A stretch of DNA of 64,000 nt, from the NCBI GenBank assembly GCA_013265495.1, contig MU057640.1, forward strand, positions 629,303 through 693,302, given 5' to 3'. How positions within the stretch are numbered: position 1 is the stretch's first letter; each line of letters opens with the position of its first letter. Positions 38,591-51,683 of this stretch are shown piece after piece. The stretch is from Vicugna vicugna. Its lineage: Eukaryota. Below the pieces are notes generated by a model. The model did not search any database. It was not told the origin of the DNA and saw only the letters and a program-made list of their open reading frames with translations. Both the position numbers and the translations under genes were made by a program.

Positions 38591-38927
38591 TTTTTTTTTT
38601 TCCACATTTTTTTCTCTGTGAGTTATCATAACATTTTGTGTATATTTCCCTGTGCTATACAGTGTAATCTTGTTTATCTATTCTACAATTTTGAAACCCC
38701 AGTCTATCCCTTCCCACCCTCTACCCCCCTGGTAACCACAAGTCTGTATTCTCTGTCCATGAGTCTATTTCTGTCCTGTATTTATGCTTTGTTTTTGTTT
38801 GTTTGTTTGTTTTTGTTTTTGTTTTTTAGATTCCACATACGAGCGATCTCATATGGTATTTTTCTTTCTCTTTCTGGCTTACTTCACTTAGAGTGACATT
38901 CTCCAGGAGCATCCATGTTGCTGCAAA
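38591..38927 (-). mobile_element. Young 5'-truncated L1 3' end (lineage-specific)
   Basis: Poly-T tail at 38589-38601; perfect 18-bp TSD ttgttgccgggctaagtt (38573-38590, 38928-38945); L1 3' text ttagattccacata...acttcacttag...catccatgttgctgcaaa. Confidence 0.92.
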
Positions 38928-39679
38928 TTGTTGCCGGGCTAAGTTGATCACACCGCTGCTTCTACCCTCGAAGGATGAACCCTTTTCCAAGGAGAATCCT
39001 CAGGCCTCCTTGTGAATGGGTTTATGGTTCAGTTGCCAGTTTAAGGATAAAGGGATTTATTACAAGGTATGGCATCAATTTTACCAAAGAGTCAGGAAAC
39101 CACCTAACGACGGTTGAAGCAGAAACCCACTGCTGGGCCCACCTGGGCCACCTCATTATCCCTGAGGCAGGGACCAGGCCATGGAACGTCCCCCACAGCT
39201 TTCCCCCTTAAGCCCAGCACCTCTGTCACCAGTGCGGACCTCCCAGCATGTGGCTGCCCCTCACATTACTCACTTCTATCCTCTGACTGTCTGCTGGGCA
39301 CGTCTGTTGGGTGGAAAGTTGGTCACGTGGGGTCTAGGAATGGGTGTGGCTTTCAGTTCTCAGTCCCCACAGTGCAGGAGGGCATGTGAAAAAGGGACTT
39401 GCCGGAGGGCTTGGTGAGCCACGGGGGGCTTCTCACGGACACGTCCCACCAGCTTACCAGAAACACAGACACCGTAGAGGCTCGATTTACATGAAAACCA
39501 TGCTCAGGGACTGTGGGCCATCACAGCTACACACAATCTTGGGGCTGTTGTCCTGGTGCGAGGATTCAATCCGTCCATTCCTTGTGGCTATTATGTCTCT
39601 ATTGGGTGGATTAACCTCTTTAAGTCCCTTATTTTGGTATTAAATAGATAACATTACTTATTCTCTTATTCTCATTGGT

Positions 39680-40460
39680 TGACCACTTGATTCATTCATC
39701 AGATGTTTACTGAGTGCCTACCATGTGCCATGTTCTGTGATAGTATTGGGGGATATTATAAAGAATCTGATACAGTCTTCATTCTTAAGGATCTCCATAT
39801 GTCACAGAGAAGTGGGGCAAGGCATCAGGTCATTATGGGAGAGCTGTGAATGCTAGGGTAGAGGGAAGACCAAGGTGACCTGGGGGCGGGAGGTGGGTAC
39901 TGTGGCTGGATCATGATGAGTATATTGTTTCAGGAGAGGGAGAGCCCTGCAATGAGTCCTAAAGGTCAGAGAGGTGGAGATTGGAGAGGCCCTCCTGACC
40001 AAAACGCCACATGTCCAGAGGAACACTTAGGGAACACGAAGTCACGAAGAAAGGCTGAACATAGCATTCTGGGGTCGGGGTAGGGAGAGAGGAGAATGGA
40101 GGCATCGACAGGGGCCAGATCAGGAGGGATCTGAAATTCTGTGATCTGAAATTTAGATTTCATCCTGCAGAGAACTCAGATTTTATTCTGAAGATAGCTA
40201 CTGAAGAGTTTTAAATGGTAGAGTAATGGGCTCAGATTTGTCTCAGAAACATCAGACGGTCTCATGGCAGCCCTGTGGAGTATAGACTGGAGAGAGCCAG
40301 GGAGGGCAGGTTGAATACCTAGTCCAGGTGAAGAATTAGAGACTGGAACTAGTGACAAGGTGGAAGGGGAGAAGAGGTTGGATGGGGGAGATGTATAGAA
40401 TGTACACCCCCCAAGACACATCTTATCTCTCATGGGATGTTGGGGATGAGGCAAAAGGGA
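39680..40460 (-). mobile_element. L2 3' portion
   Basis: ttcattcatcagatgtttactgagtgcctaccatgtgcca (L2 end) followed by antisense L2 body motifs. Confidence 0.7.
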
Positions 40461-40479
40461 GAAGAGGTAGATGCTTCGA

Positions 40480-40735
40480 TGTGATGCTTTGAAACCCTCA
40501 GGACTGAAGGACTTATTCTTCAGGCTGCTGGGAGAATTGCCCTAGGCTGAAGATAGCTACCTAGTCCAAGTTCACATTGCTTTCCTGGGTAGCCTGCGTG
40601 TAATGACTGGTCAAAATTAGGGTCTAGAATCTACATCTCAGATCCACCTTGAGACAACTCTGAGGACCTTCCCAGCTTCAGAGCCCCCTGAGGGGTTGGC
40701 TGAAACCTTGGCTGAGACTTCACTGCAGCTTATTG
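40480..40735 (+). mobile_element. ERVL LTR fragment (LTR16-like)
   Basis: gacaactctgagg...cccagcttcagagccccctgaggggttggctga...gagacttcactgcagc resembles LTR16 as recalled. Confidence 0.55.
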
Positions 40736-41849
40736 GATCCTGATTAGACTGAACTTAATAGACTGAATACTCCTAAAAATCGCATCAGTTGGAATTAACT
40801 CTGAAGTCCCCACACCTTCTGTCTCTAAGTTTCTGGCATGTTCTGAAGCAAAACCTGCCTGAAATATGTTCATTATGTTGTGGGAATCCAGACCCATCCC
40901 TTGCCTCTCTGGCCACCAGTTCATTTCACCTCTTGGATGATGATTCTGTCTCATTTTGTGTTCTCCTGAACCACTGGCTCGATTGGTGGTGATTAGCAGA
41001 GGGTGGTCCATTTATGTGAAACACCTGCTTTCCACCTGTGTCCCTGTGAGCAATCAGCTTTGGACCCTATGCAGGAAGATAGTGGGTGTCCTTCATAGCT
41101 GAATGGGCTTCCAGAATTTTCTCCAGGAGTCAGATCCAAACTGGCACCATATGGGTGACCATCTGGATGTCATTTTGCCAGCATTGCAATGAAAACATCT
41201 GCCAGCTTGTCAAAGAGACCTGGGGAGGCCTGGGAGCACCACAGAGGATTGACAGAAACACTGGCCCAAGAAGGCTGAGCCAGAGTAGTTTCCATTTTGT
41301 GAGTTGGGATGTAATTCAACTGGCCTCCCTTCCCTTGTTCCTGAAACCAGCATACACCAATTCAGAAGATTGTATTTTTGCATCACTTCCACCAACCTAC
41401 TCAGAATAGAGTGAACAACTGTGTCAAAGGTTATTTTACCCAACCCAGGGTTGAAAAGCACATCTGGGCACATCAAAGTTCCCATGGTAAGGGAACGATG
41501 TGGGGTGGAAGCTACGATTATGCTCCTAGTTTTGCATCATAACCAAGTCATTCATCCAACACTAGTCTGGCTACATGACACGCTCATTAACAAACCTCAT
41601 TCCTTGGTTGGTGATAAGACTCACAGAACCAAGACACAACACGTTTGACTGGTTGGGTCTAGGGGGACTGCACCAGTCAAAAGTGTAGGGGAAACTTTGA
41701 GCTGCAGCTCAAGGTACTTCATTTGAAAACAGTTCTTAGTTCTGCACGTGTGACTCGCACGTGTGGTTCTCCCATCTCAGTCCCCAACTGTGCTCACCCC
41801 AAGTTATTGGCCCTTTGAGCCACTGAATGATTTTCAACCTCCTCCAGTA

Positions 41850-42560
41850 TTTTATTTCGTGAATTCAACCAGCCCATGCTTCTGAAGTGCTTTTTAAGTG
41901 TTACGTGCCGTAGTAGGTTAAGGGATACGAAGTTGACCACAACAGCACCCTTACCCTAAAGGAGCCCATAGACCGGCACGGGAGAGAGACGGACATACAC
42001 ACTGCAGCAAGTCCGTAAGGAGGGCCGTTGCCCCAGACTTGGGGGAAAGAGGGGTCAGAGAAGGAGAAACCTGAGCCGAGCTCTGAAGAAAGAGCAGAAT
42101 TTAGTCGAGCAGGGAGGAGAAGGGAAAGCATTCCAGGCAGAGGCAGCAGCATGTGCAAAGGCTGCTAGTGACAGAAAGCAGACCTGCTGGGGCACCCTGA
42201 GCTCTTCCAATACGACCGCAGCAGGGGCTCGTGGAGGGGACAGGAGTCACATGTGGCATTTGGGCAGCATTCTAGGGATGAGCGCTATGGAAGATCGAGC
42301 AGAGGCATGGGAGAATCAGACCTGAAATTTCTAGGAGATGATCCTGGCTGCGGTATGGAGACTGAACGGCTCTTAGAGGGCCCGGCCGGGCTGCCGTGGT
42401 GGGAGCCAGAAACAACTGGAGTGGGGGGGGCAGGGAGGGGCTGAGCTGGAGAGACACAAGGATAGAGGCTGTAGTTGATTGGACGTGGAGGAGGAGGATG
42501 GAGAAAATGAGACAAACTTCGTCTGGGGAAGTGGGTGGCTGGGGAAGTCGTGAAGGAAGA
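41850..42560 (-). mobile_element. L2 fragment
   Basis: gcattccaggcagaggcagcagcatgtgcaaagg, a classic antisense L2 motif at ~42128-42160. Confidence 0.65.
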
Positions 42561-45500
42561 CAAGGACCCTCAAGGAGGAGCAGGTGGGAGACCCTTTCCT
42601 CTTTCTGCAGCCTCAGAAGAAGAGGGCCTGGGCAGGAGGCTTCATCCCTAGGGGACACTGAGGACCCCGTCTCATCGGGAGGCTGCCCCTAGAAACCAGG
42701 CTGCTGCTGGGAAGCCTGAAGGTATCGGGTGGCCACGCTGGGCCCAGGACCCTGCCCACGCTGGGGTGCAGAATGAGGCCACCTGCCTGTGAACCAGAAA
42801 GAAGCATTTAGGAGTCCGCTGGGCCCCTGGGCTCTGCCTCATGCTCTGTACTTGCTCACCTGGGGCAGGTGGAACAGGGAGAGGGCAGGGCTTTAGTTCC
42901 TTTTGAGGGCCAGGCACGCACATAGTTCTGACTGGGTTAGCTGGGGACCCGAGTCCTGGCTTCTCGGTCTTGTAGGACTGAAGGCTGAAGAGCTGCTTGA
43001 AGGAGATCATATGCATAGATTATACCCACACAGGCTCTGCTGTCTCTGAAAAGCAATTTCAAAGCCACTTCATTCTCCACCAGCATTTGGCTAACGGTCT
43101 GATTATAGCCACACTAATAACCTTCAAACGCTCTCAGGAGCGGCCTTGGCTCTGAAAGGTGCCACCCCCCTTCCTCCTTGCCCTATTTCAGGCTCCTCTG
43201 GGACTGCAGTGACAACAGCTGTTTATTCCTCCCAGGGCCTGAGCTACTTGGAGGAGAGGCAGATGGCTGTAGGCTAATTCCTGGAGTGCACTTCAGGGGA
43301 CCATCAGCCCCACTCCCAGGCTGGCATCCCACACGGGGCTATAGGTCCAAGCATGAACAATTCCCATGAATATGGATGGATGCCGAGGATGGAGCCTGAC
43401 TGCTTCTGTCCTGCAGGGCAAAGCTGTCACCCTGGGTGGGGATGACATTTTTGCTGAGCTACGTACGGGGTCAGGGGGAAGGGTTGTGCCCTGAGCCCCA
43501 GTGCAAGACGTTTTAAGATTTCGGATGCTGGCCCCTTGGGAAAGATGTCACTCACAGGAGAGGCAGCACAGAGAGAGATGTGTTTCTGCTGCGTGGTCTC
43601 TCCACTCAGTTCATTTCTTTTGTGCCCTGACAGCACCCAGTTCGGAGCCTGAATGGTCGGGGTGCTGCAGGAGGGTTTTGTGATGGCTACGAATTTGGAT
43701 GGACGCGCATCAGGACGTCTTCCAGTCCTAAGGGGCTATGTGTCATGGCTCATGGATGAGCTAATGGTGCTCTTTCGGGTTGCTCTTTGTCTTTCTTTTT
43801 TACTGTCCCAACCTCTGTGGTTCAGCTTGTGCCCCACTCATCGACTTCGTGAACCCACTCCGATGACTCCAGCCCACATTGTAACTTTACATTCTGAAGA
43901 GCTCAGTTACTGCTGTGATTGGCGATTTTCATATATTCCCTTCGTTGTTTGCTGCCATGCTCACTTGGTATCTGCATGGGTCTCATCCGTGCACCAAGAC
44001 TGTGAACACTTTGTGCTCAGGGACAATGCCCTTTACTGTCCATCACTGGTCTCCTGTGGCACGTGGTTTGTGCTGAGCAGCCCGCACTCTAAGGGATGAG
44101 TCTCCAGGGCATCAGTGGTCATTGTCACTGGATATCGTTATCCTAGGGCAATGGGAATGCCTCGTCCTCATCCCAAGAGAGATGCCACTGAAGACTGGTC
44201 CATGGGCTTCCCTGTAGTGTCTCTGGGCATCAGGGCTGGATGTTTCCTCTTCTCTTGTCCTTCCCTTCCATAGCTCCACAGTAGGTTCTGTAGGAAGGAG
44301 GACACATTCTAAATTGGGTGTGTTATTTAGATAACTGGCTTCCCACCTGGTGTAGCAGCCAGAATGGACCGCTGTACTCTGTCCTAATTTTGATGGTCTT
44401 CTGCTAAAGATGGTACGTGTGGCACGATGACAATGACGGCCAGGGGCAATGACTACCCATTTGGAGGCCCTGAAACACTCAGAGGCTTCCATAATTTGAT
44501 GCCTTTACTCAGATCGTTTCTTTTTCCTGAAAGATCCCTCAGCCTCCCTTTCATCAGTGTCCACTTGACAAATGCCTATTTACCCCTTAAGCCTCAGCTC
44601 AAATGTCACCAGTCTTCTGTAGTTCCTTCTAATCTCCGGCCCCCAAAATTCCAAAATGTTTTATAATTCCTTTCACTTCAGTGCTTTTCACATGAAGCCA
44701 CATCCATTTAAGTGCCCATCCCACTGGCAGACTCCTGCGGACCCTCTCGGGGCACAGATTCTGCCTTTATGTCCTCAGCACCAGCCTGACACGTCGTGAA
44801 CACAAGATGCACATTTGTGCAGTTGAAATGCGTGAAGTCTGATGCCAGCAGGGTGCCATCAAGATGTTTTCATCAGGAAATGAATATATTTGGATAGCTT
44901 TTGGTTGGGCACAGGGATGTGACTGCAAACAGCCATGGACTGGACCTCAGCAAAGGCAGAGGCAGGAAGAACAGAACGAAGCAGAATTGATAGGACTCGA
45001 AGTCAAGGGAAGCGTGGGGGCTGAAGGAGGGGAGCATCGGAGTCTGATGCCCAGGCGCCAGGAGGCGGGGTCCGGGGGTGTCACAGAGGGAGGCATTTCA
45101 CTTGGGAGGAGGAGGAGGACATGGATTTGTCTCAGAAGACAGTGAAGGGCCTCCCAAGCCAGAGAAAAATTCAAAGAGCTTTCCTTCTCCAATTTAGTAA
45201 AATGAGTGTCTTTCAAATGAGGGAAATTAAGTTCTAATGGTCAGAGCGGTAGATTGGCTATTTGTGTCCTGGGCTGAAGAGAGACATAGACAAGCTATGA
45301 GTCAGAATCCGGGTGTAAGGGAAGGTTAGTTAATGTCAACCACTTGCTGTAAGGGCCGGCGGTTTAGAGGTCAAGAGTTCTGACCCCTGGAGGCAGAGGA
45401 GAGGTTTTATCCTGTGCCAATTCCCAGGCCACTCATATAGCCTCTGTGCTTTGCTTAAAGGTGACACATTCCAATTTCTTCTATTTCAAGCAAGATATGA

Positions 45501-48140
45501 TTCGAGTTTTGAAAGCAATGTCTATCAGTTACTGGGGCTGATGGCCTGGGTTAAATTGCCACTAATCCGAGCTGTTCCTGTGTCTCTCAGCCCTTGAAAT
45601 AGCTCAGTGACATGAGGAAGTGGCTTTCTCCCATGGGGGCTGTGCTAGGCTCCTTCAAAGGACACGAGGAGACATAAGTCACCTTCCAGCCTTGGGTGGT
45701 GGGTGGTGCTTCGGACGGCACGTGTGCCTGGAGCTCCAGCGTCATGGTCCAGACAGGTGTGTAGTGTGACAATGCTTCTCCTTGGGTGTGTTTTTATTAC
45801 AGACACGGGCACCCTGACCCAGCTTTCTTCAAATTTCTTCAAATTGTGCTCGTCTAGATGTTGGATGACATTTCAGCTATTGCCCTGTCATGGTAGAAAA
45901 CGGAGCTGCACCAAATGCGTGTGCTTTTCAGAGGTGAGGCCAAAAGGGGCCAATGGTCCAGGGAGAAAGGGTGGGAGAGACAGAGGTAAGTGGTAGATGT
46001 TAAGAGCTGGCGAACACTACAAGAATGCAGAACTCCAACCGTGTTTAAGCGCAGTGAATTCTCTTCTTTAAGATGAGATTTTGTTCAGATGTCTGGAATT
46101 TGCTCACAGTAGACCACCCTTTCAAACTCTGCTTAGAAAATTTTCATATAGATGTGAATTTCATATGCCTATGAGTATAGAATTCTGGGCAAGAGAAAAT
46201 TATTGATAGCATTGGCATTGCTCCTGAGTCGGAGAGAGTTCAAGGCTCTGTTGTTAGCGTCAAATAATACCTCTGTCCGTTACAGCCCCGTGTTGGGAAC
46301 TTCAGTGCAGATATGCACGAAGATGACCTTAATAAACAAAGTGGGAAGGCAGCCTCGTGAGCCCGGGGGCCTCTATCAACAGCCTCTCTCTTCAGATCAC
46401 ACCAACGTTTTGAGAAATAAAAGGGAGGCGTTCCCTAAGAGAGGTCGGTGCTGTCACAGAGCCCACGTATTTCTTTCACCTGAAAGGCGTAAGGCATCTC
46501 TGGGCTTTAGGCTCTCAAACCAGGGCCCAGATTTAGAATTTGGTGTAAATTAATATCACGAACAAAATATGTTTGATTTCAGATCTCCACCGAAAACCAT
46601 TCATTCTTCCCGAAGCATAGTGGACAGCAGGTTGGGGGGTCTGGGGGCCTGAAACAGGGCAGGTGGGTCCACGCTGCTGAGAAGCCCTGACTGACAGTGA
46701 GGGAAGAGGAGAGGCAGGTTCCCGCTCTCCCAGCCTGCCTGCATCACAGGACCACAGCACGGTCTAAGGACAGCCCTGTGTCACAAACTATATTGGTACG
46801 GATACTCACTCTGATGACATTTCTTCCAATGAAATGACATTTGCTTTTTCTGGTCCAAATGGTTAAAACAGACAAAAGGGTTTGTGCTTCGAGGTGCAGA
46901 AGGCACCCTATGAAATGCCAGACGTGTCCTCATCTGTCTGCTGCTTTAGTGGTGCATTAAAGGAATGGTACTATTGTGTTGTAGACCGGGGTCCTTTTGC
47001 TGTGAATTATCATCATTTATTTTATTTCTATTACAGATTACAGGATGATGCCATCTTCCACTCTGATCGAAACCTGTGTAATAGTCAATTCTCACCTCTC
47101 CCTTTCCATCCCCTGTATTTGTGGAGTCACCAAGGGGCTTTACTCCAGCCCTCCACACTCTGTATGCTCCAGTCATGGGGGCCACTCGCTGCTCCCTAAA
47201 CGGGTCAGCAGTTTTCAAGCTACCCCCTCCTACTCATTTCCTTTTAGGTAGAATAAGTTGCTCCTTGCTGTGTACATTTTATTTGTACCTATGTCCCTGT
47301 GCCTTGTGTTCCAATTGGTTGGTTACACGTCTGTATCTTCGAGTAGAAGGCATGGTCTTCAAGGACAAGAACCCCTTTTAGTCAACCCTGTAGGCTGAGC
47401 AGCTAGCACCACACCTGTTACATGGCCAGTCTCAGTAAATATTCATAAAGGTAGATTTCCCAGGACGTGCCTTCCATCAGAACTGCCCCCGGGTCGTTTA
47501 TCAGGTCAGCCACCAAATCCTGCCTCATTCCCACCTAACTGCTTTGAGGGAGATGCGCTCCTATCTTCTGCCCGTCTCTCCTTTCTCTGTGGGGCCAACT
47601 GCTGGCCAGTCATTCCTATTCTGCCATCACGTGCGGCTGAGCTCTGAAGGGGGCAGGAGGGGGCAGCAGGGGCCAGGGATGGGACAGAACACTGTGTGAG
47701 GGAACTGACAGAAGTTCTGTGGGCTCACCAGCTGGTACCCTGTGGGAGAGTCAAAGGGAAAGTTTGTTTTTTCCTGCCCAAAGCTCGGAATCCCAAGTAC
47801 AATCACGAGTCTTAGTGCTAAAGGCTTAGGAGTGAAAATGTCAAGGTCACCTCTGCTTCCTGCCTGACCAGGGAGGGACTCTGTGGATGCTGTGTGTGTT
47901 TTGGTGTGTGTGTCTGTGTGTGTGTTGCCAGCTACTGGGTATGTCCAGACAGCTAATAACATGTTTCTGCAGCACAGTGAGAGGAAGAGCCACTGATCCA
48001 TTTTGTAATTTATCTTTTGGTTTGATCCCAGAATTTCCCCTTTGTTTCTGACTTGATGCTGTCATCTGCAGGCTCAGTGAGTTCACTTTGGCAAAGTCTT
48101 ACATGAATAGAAGCATTTACTCAACAGATTAGCTCATAGT

Positions 48141-48196
48141 CATGTGCATGTATGTGTGTGTGTGTGTGTGCGCGCACACGCGCGCGCGCATACATG
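48141..48196. repeat. 56-bp alternating purine-pyrimidine tract, (TG)n/(CG)n
   Basis: Uninterrupted YR alternation read from the sequence. Confidence 0.9.
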
Positions 48197-48519
48197 GAGC
48201 ATCCTTAATCCTTAAATCAGGGACTTTCCTTCTGGGAAGGGAACCCAAGATTGGTTGTTTTATGAGGGTGGCAAGCAGACAGCGAGCAGAGGGGGCTGGA
48301 GTTGGTTTAGGAAAATTCTGGGAACAGCCATATTGCAGTGTGTGGACCTTTGCCATAGGGAAGATGGTGGGCATCTTTGGTTGAAAAAGAGGCGGAGAGG
48401 AGTTACACATCTTTTCTGGATTTCAATCAAACCCTCTTCTCTTACAATTCTCAGGCTGAATGAAAACACAGGAAGCTTCTAGTCCAGTGGTTCTCATCTG
48501 ACTGTGTATCAAAATCTTA

Positions 48520-49581
48520 CAATTTTTTTCCAATTTCACTGAGATTTAATTGGCATATAATATTGTATTAAAGGTGTACAACATAATGATTTGATATATG
48601 TTTATACTGTGAAATGATCACCACAGTAAGTTTAGTTAATATCCATCACCTCTAACAGTTACAAATTTTTTCTCATGGTGAGAAATTATTTATCTTATAA
48701 TGGGAAGTTTGTACCTTTTGACAACCTTCACCCATTTCCCCTACTACTTACTCCTGCCTCTGGGAACCACCAATCTGTTCTCTGTTTCTATGAGTTTGGG
48801 TTTTTTGTTTGTTTGTTTTTTAGATTCCACACATAAGTGAAATCACACGGTATTCATCTTTACCTGACTTATTTCACTTAGTGTAATGTTCTCAAGGTCC
48901 ATCCATGTTGTCTAAAATGGTAGGATTTCCTTCTTTTTATGGCTGAATAATATTCCATTGTATATATACACCCTATCTTCTTTATCCATCCATTCACTGA
49001 TGGGCCTTTAAGTTGTTTCCATGTCTTGGCTATTGTAAATCATTCTGCTATGAACATGAGGGTGTATATACCTCTTCAAGACAGTGATTTCATTTCCTAT
49101 GGATATACACCCTGAAGTGGAATTTTTAGATCATATGGTAGTTCTATTAATTTATTGTGGAAACTCCATGTCATTTTCTGCGGTGGCTGCACCAATTTAC
49201 ATTCCCACAAGCAGTGCACAAGGGCTCCCTTTTCTCCACATCCTCACTAGCACTCGTTATCTCTTGTCTTTTTGATAACAGCCATTCTAACAGGTGTGAG
49301 GTGATATCTCACTGTGGTTTTGACTTGATTTCCCTTGTAATTAGTGATGTTGAGTACCTTTTCCTGTGCTTGTTGGCCATTTGTATGTTTTCTTTGGAAA
49401 AATGTCTGTTCAGTGCTCTGTCCATTTTTTAATTGGATGATTCAGTTTTCTGCTGTTGAGTTATATGAGTTCTTTATTTATTTTGCATATTAGCCACTTA
49501 TCACATATATAATTTGCAAATATATCCTCCCATTCTATAGGGGGCCTTTTCATTTGGTTGATAGTTTCCTTTGCTGTGCAG
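48520..49581 (-). mobile_element. L1 (L1MA-like) 3' ~1 kb, apparently splitting a MER5-type element
   Basis: Continuous antisense L1 3' text; MER5-like pieces cagtggttctc (48485) on the left and aaaatggagattcctggg...ggtggggcctgg (49599-49663) on the right. Confidence 0.8.
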
Positions 49582-51010
49582 ATAGGATTACTTTTTCAAA
49601 AATGGAGATTCCTGGGGTTCTTCTCCAAACTCCTCATTTGAAACTTCCAGAGGTGGGGCCTGGCACTCTTTAACATTTGCCCCAGGTGGGCTGGGCTGCC
49701 ATGAGATGCCTAAGGCCACACAGCTAGTGGTGGCAAATCGGAGACTAGAATATGAGTCTTCTGACTCCGTCCAAGGCATTGCCTCTTACAGCCCGAATGT
49801 CCCTGGGGCTTAAAGCTTTGGGAAACAAGGCTCATATTGGATGCAGGAGAGTATGTTGAGTGGATCTCTTATCTTGCAGACCACTAATCCACATAATTTA
49901 ATTACTTTCCTACAAAGGGGCTTGAATTCTTTGAGCGAGCAGAGATGGCTGAAATGGACCACTTGCTCTGGGATGACCTGGCACTTGCTGACCCTGTCTT
50001 TGACAGGAGGCAGGATTTCAAACTCCTCTGTGTCTACCTTCACCTGCTCTTTCTGGGGACTAGCCCTATTCTCTTGGCGACATAGGAAAACAGGCTTAGA
50101 TTTCTTCCTGTTCTGTAGCTGTTTCATTTCCCTCCCTTCTTCTTTCCTTTTCTCTCCCCTTTTTCCTCTTCCTCCCCTCTCTGCCCACCACCCCCAGTGG
50201 CTTTATTGGACATACCACGCAAGTCACTCATTTAAAGTGCACAGGTCAATAGTTTTTTAGTATATACACAGAGTTGTGCAAACACCAGCACAATCAATTT
50301 TAGAACATTTCATTACCCCTAACGGAAACCCCATATCCATTAGCAGTGATTCCCCCTTCCCTCTAGTCCTAGGCAATCACTAATCTACTTCCTATCGCTA
50401 TAGATTGGCCTGTTCTGCAAATTTCATCTAAATACATGAAGGTGACTGACTTCCTTCACTTAGCATGTTTTCAAGGCTCATTCATGTTGTCTTATGTGTC
50501 AGTACTTCATTCCTTCTTATAGCCAAATGATATTCCACTATATGGATATATCACATTTTGTTTATGCAATTATCAATTGATGGACATTTGAATTTTTCCA
50601 TTTTTTGTTATTATAAATAATGCTTCTAAGAACATTAGTTCTTCAAATTTTTTGAGAGCCATATGTTTTCATTTCTCCTGGGTATATACCTAGGAGTGGA
50701 ATTGCTGGGCTATATGGTAACTCTGTGTGTATCCTTTTGAGGAATTGTCTGATTTTTCCAAAGTGGCTGCAACATTTTACATTCCTTTCAACAGCATATG
50801 AGAGCTCCAACTTCTCCACATCCTCACCAACACTTATTATTATCCATCTTTTTAATTATAACTATAGCCATCTTAGTGGCTATGAAGTGGGATCTCATTG
50901 TGTTTCTTGATTTGCATTTTTCTGATGGCTGATGAAATTGAGTTTTTCTTTTTATGTATTTGTTGACCATTTGTATATCTTCTTTGGAGAAATGTCTGTA
51001 TAGATTCTTT

Positions 51011-51513
51011 CTTTTTAAGAAAAAGATGATATTTTATTGTAATACTCTGTGGCCACAATATTCTTTAGATTCCAGAGAAAATTGGTTAAGGTGAAACTCC
51101 TTTGAAAATTCCATACTTTACCGTCAATATGGTCTTTACATCTATTCTAACTAAATTTCAGACAATTTCTCACTAATTAGGTTTAATCTTTATTCCAACA
51201 AATTAATAAAGTAGTTAAATGGTCTCTCTCTCCATTTCTAGCTACTATTGATTCTTTTCAGTTAAAAGCTGTCCTGGCCCGCATATCGAGGCAAACTTTG
51301 GGACCTTATCAGATTTCAAATAGCCTCTGGCCCTGGGACCACACAGGCTCAGTATAGGTAACAGTGACCCAAAGCTACAGAAAATAACATGCTTCAACAC
51401 TGAATCATTTTCAGGTCTGTGCTGTGTTACTAGACAAGTTTCTATTATAAGCAATACCTTGCTCTTCCCAGGTCAAATTATCACCCCACTCAGTTCAAAG
51501 TTGACGATTTTCA
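51011..51513 (-). pseudogene. Probable 5'-truncated processed retrocopy (3'-UTR-only fragment of an unidentified mRNA)
   Basis: Non-repeat-like ~500 bp between 13-bp TSD gtatagattcttt (50998-51010, 51514-51526); minus-strand AATAAA at 51038-51033, ~16 nt before a short decayed A tail. Confidence 0.7.
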
Positions 51514-51683
51514 GTATAGATTCTTTGTCCATCTTTTAATTATGTTGTCTTTTAATTACTGAGTTTTAAGAGTTCTAATATTGTAGATACAAGTGCCTCT
51601 CAGTCATATGATTCTCCAATACTTTTCTTAATCTGGGGGTTGTCTTTGCATTTTCTTGATAGTGTCCTTTGAAGCATAAAAAT

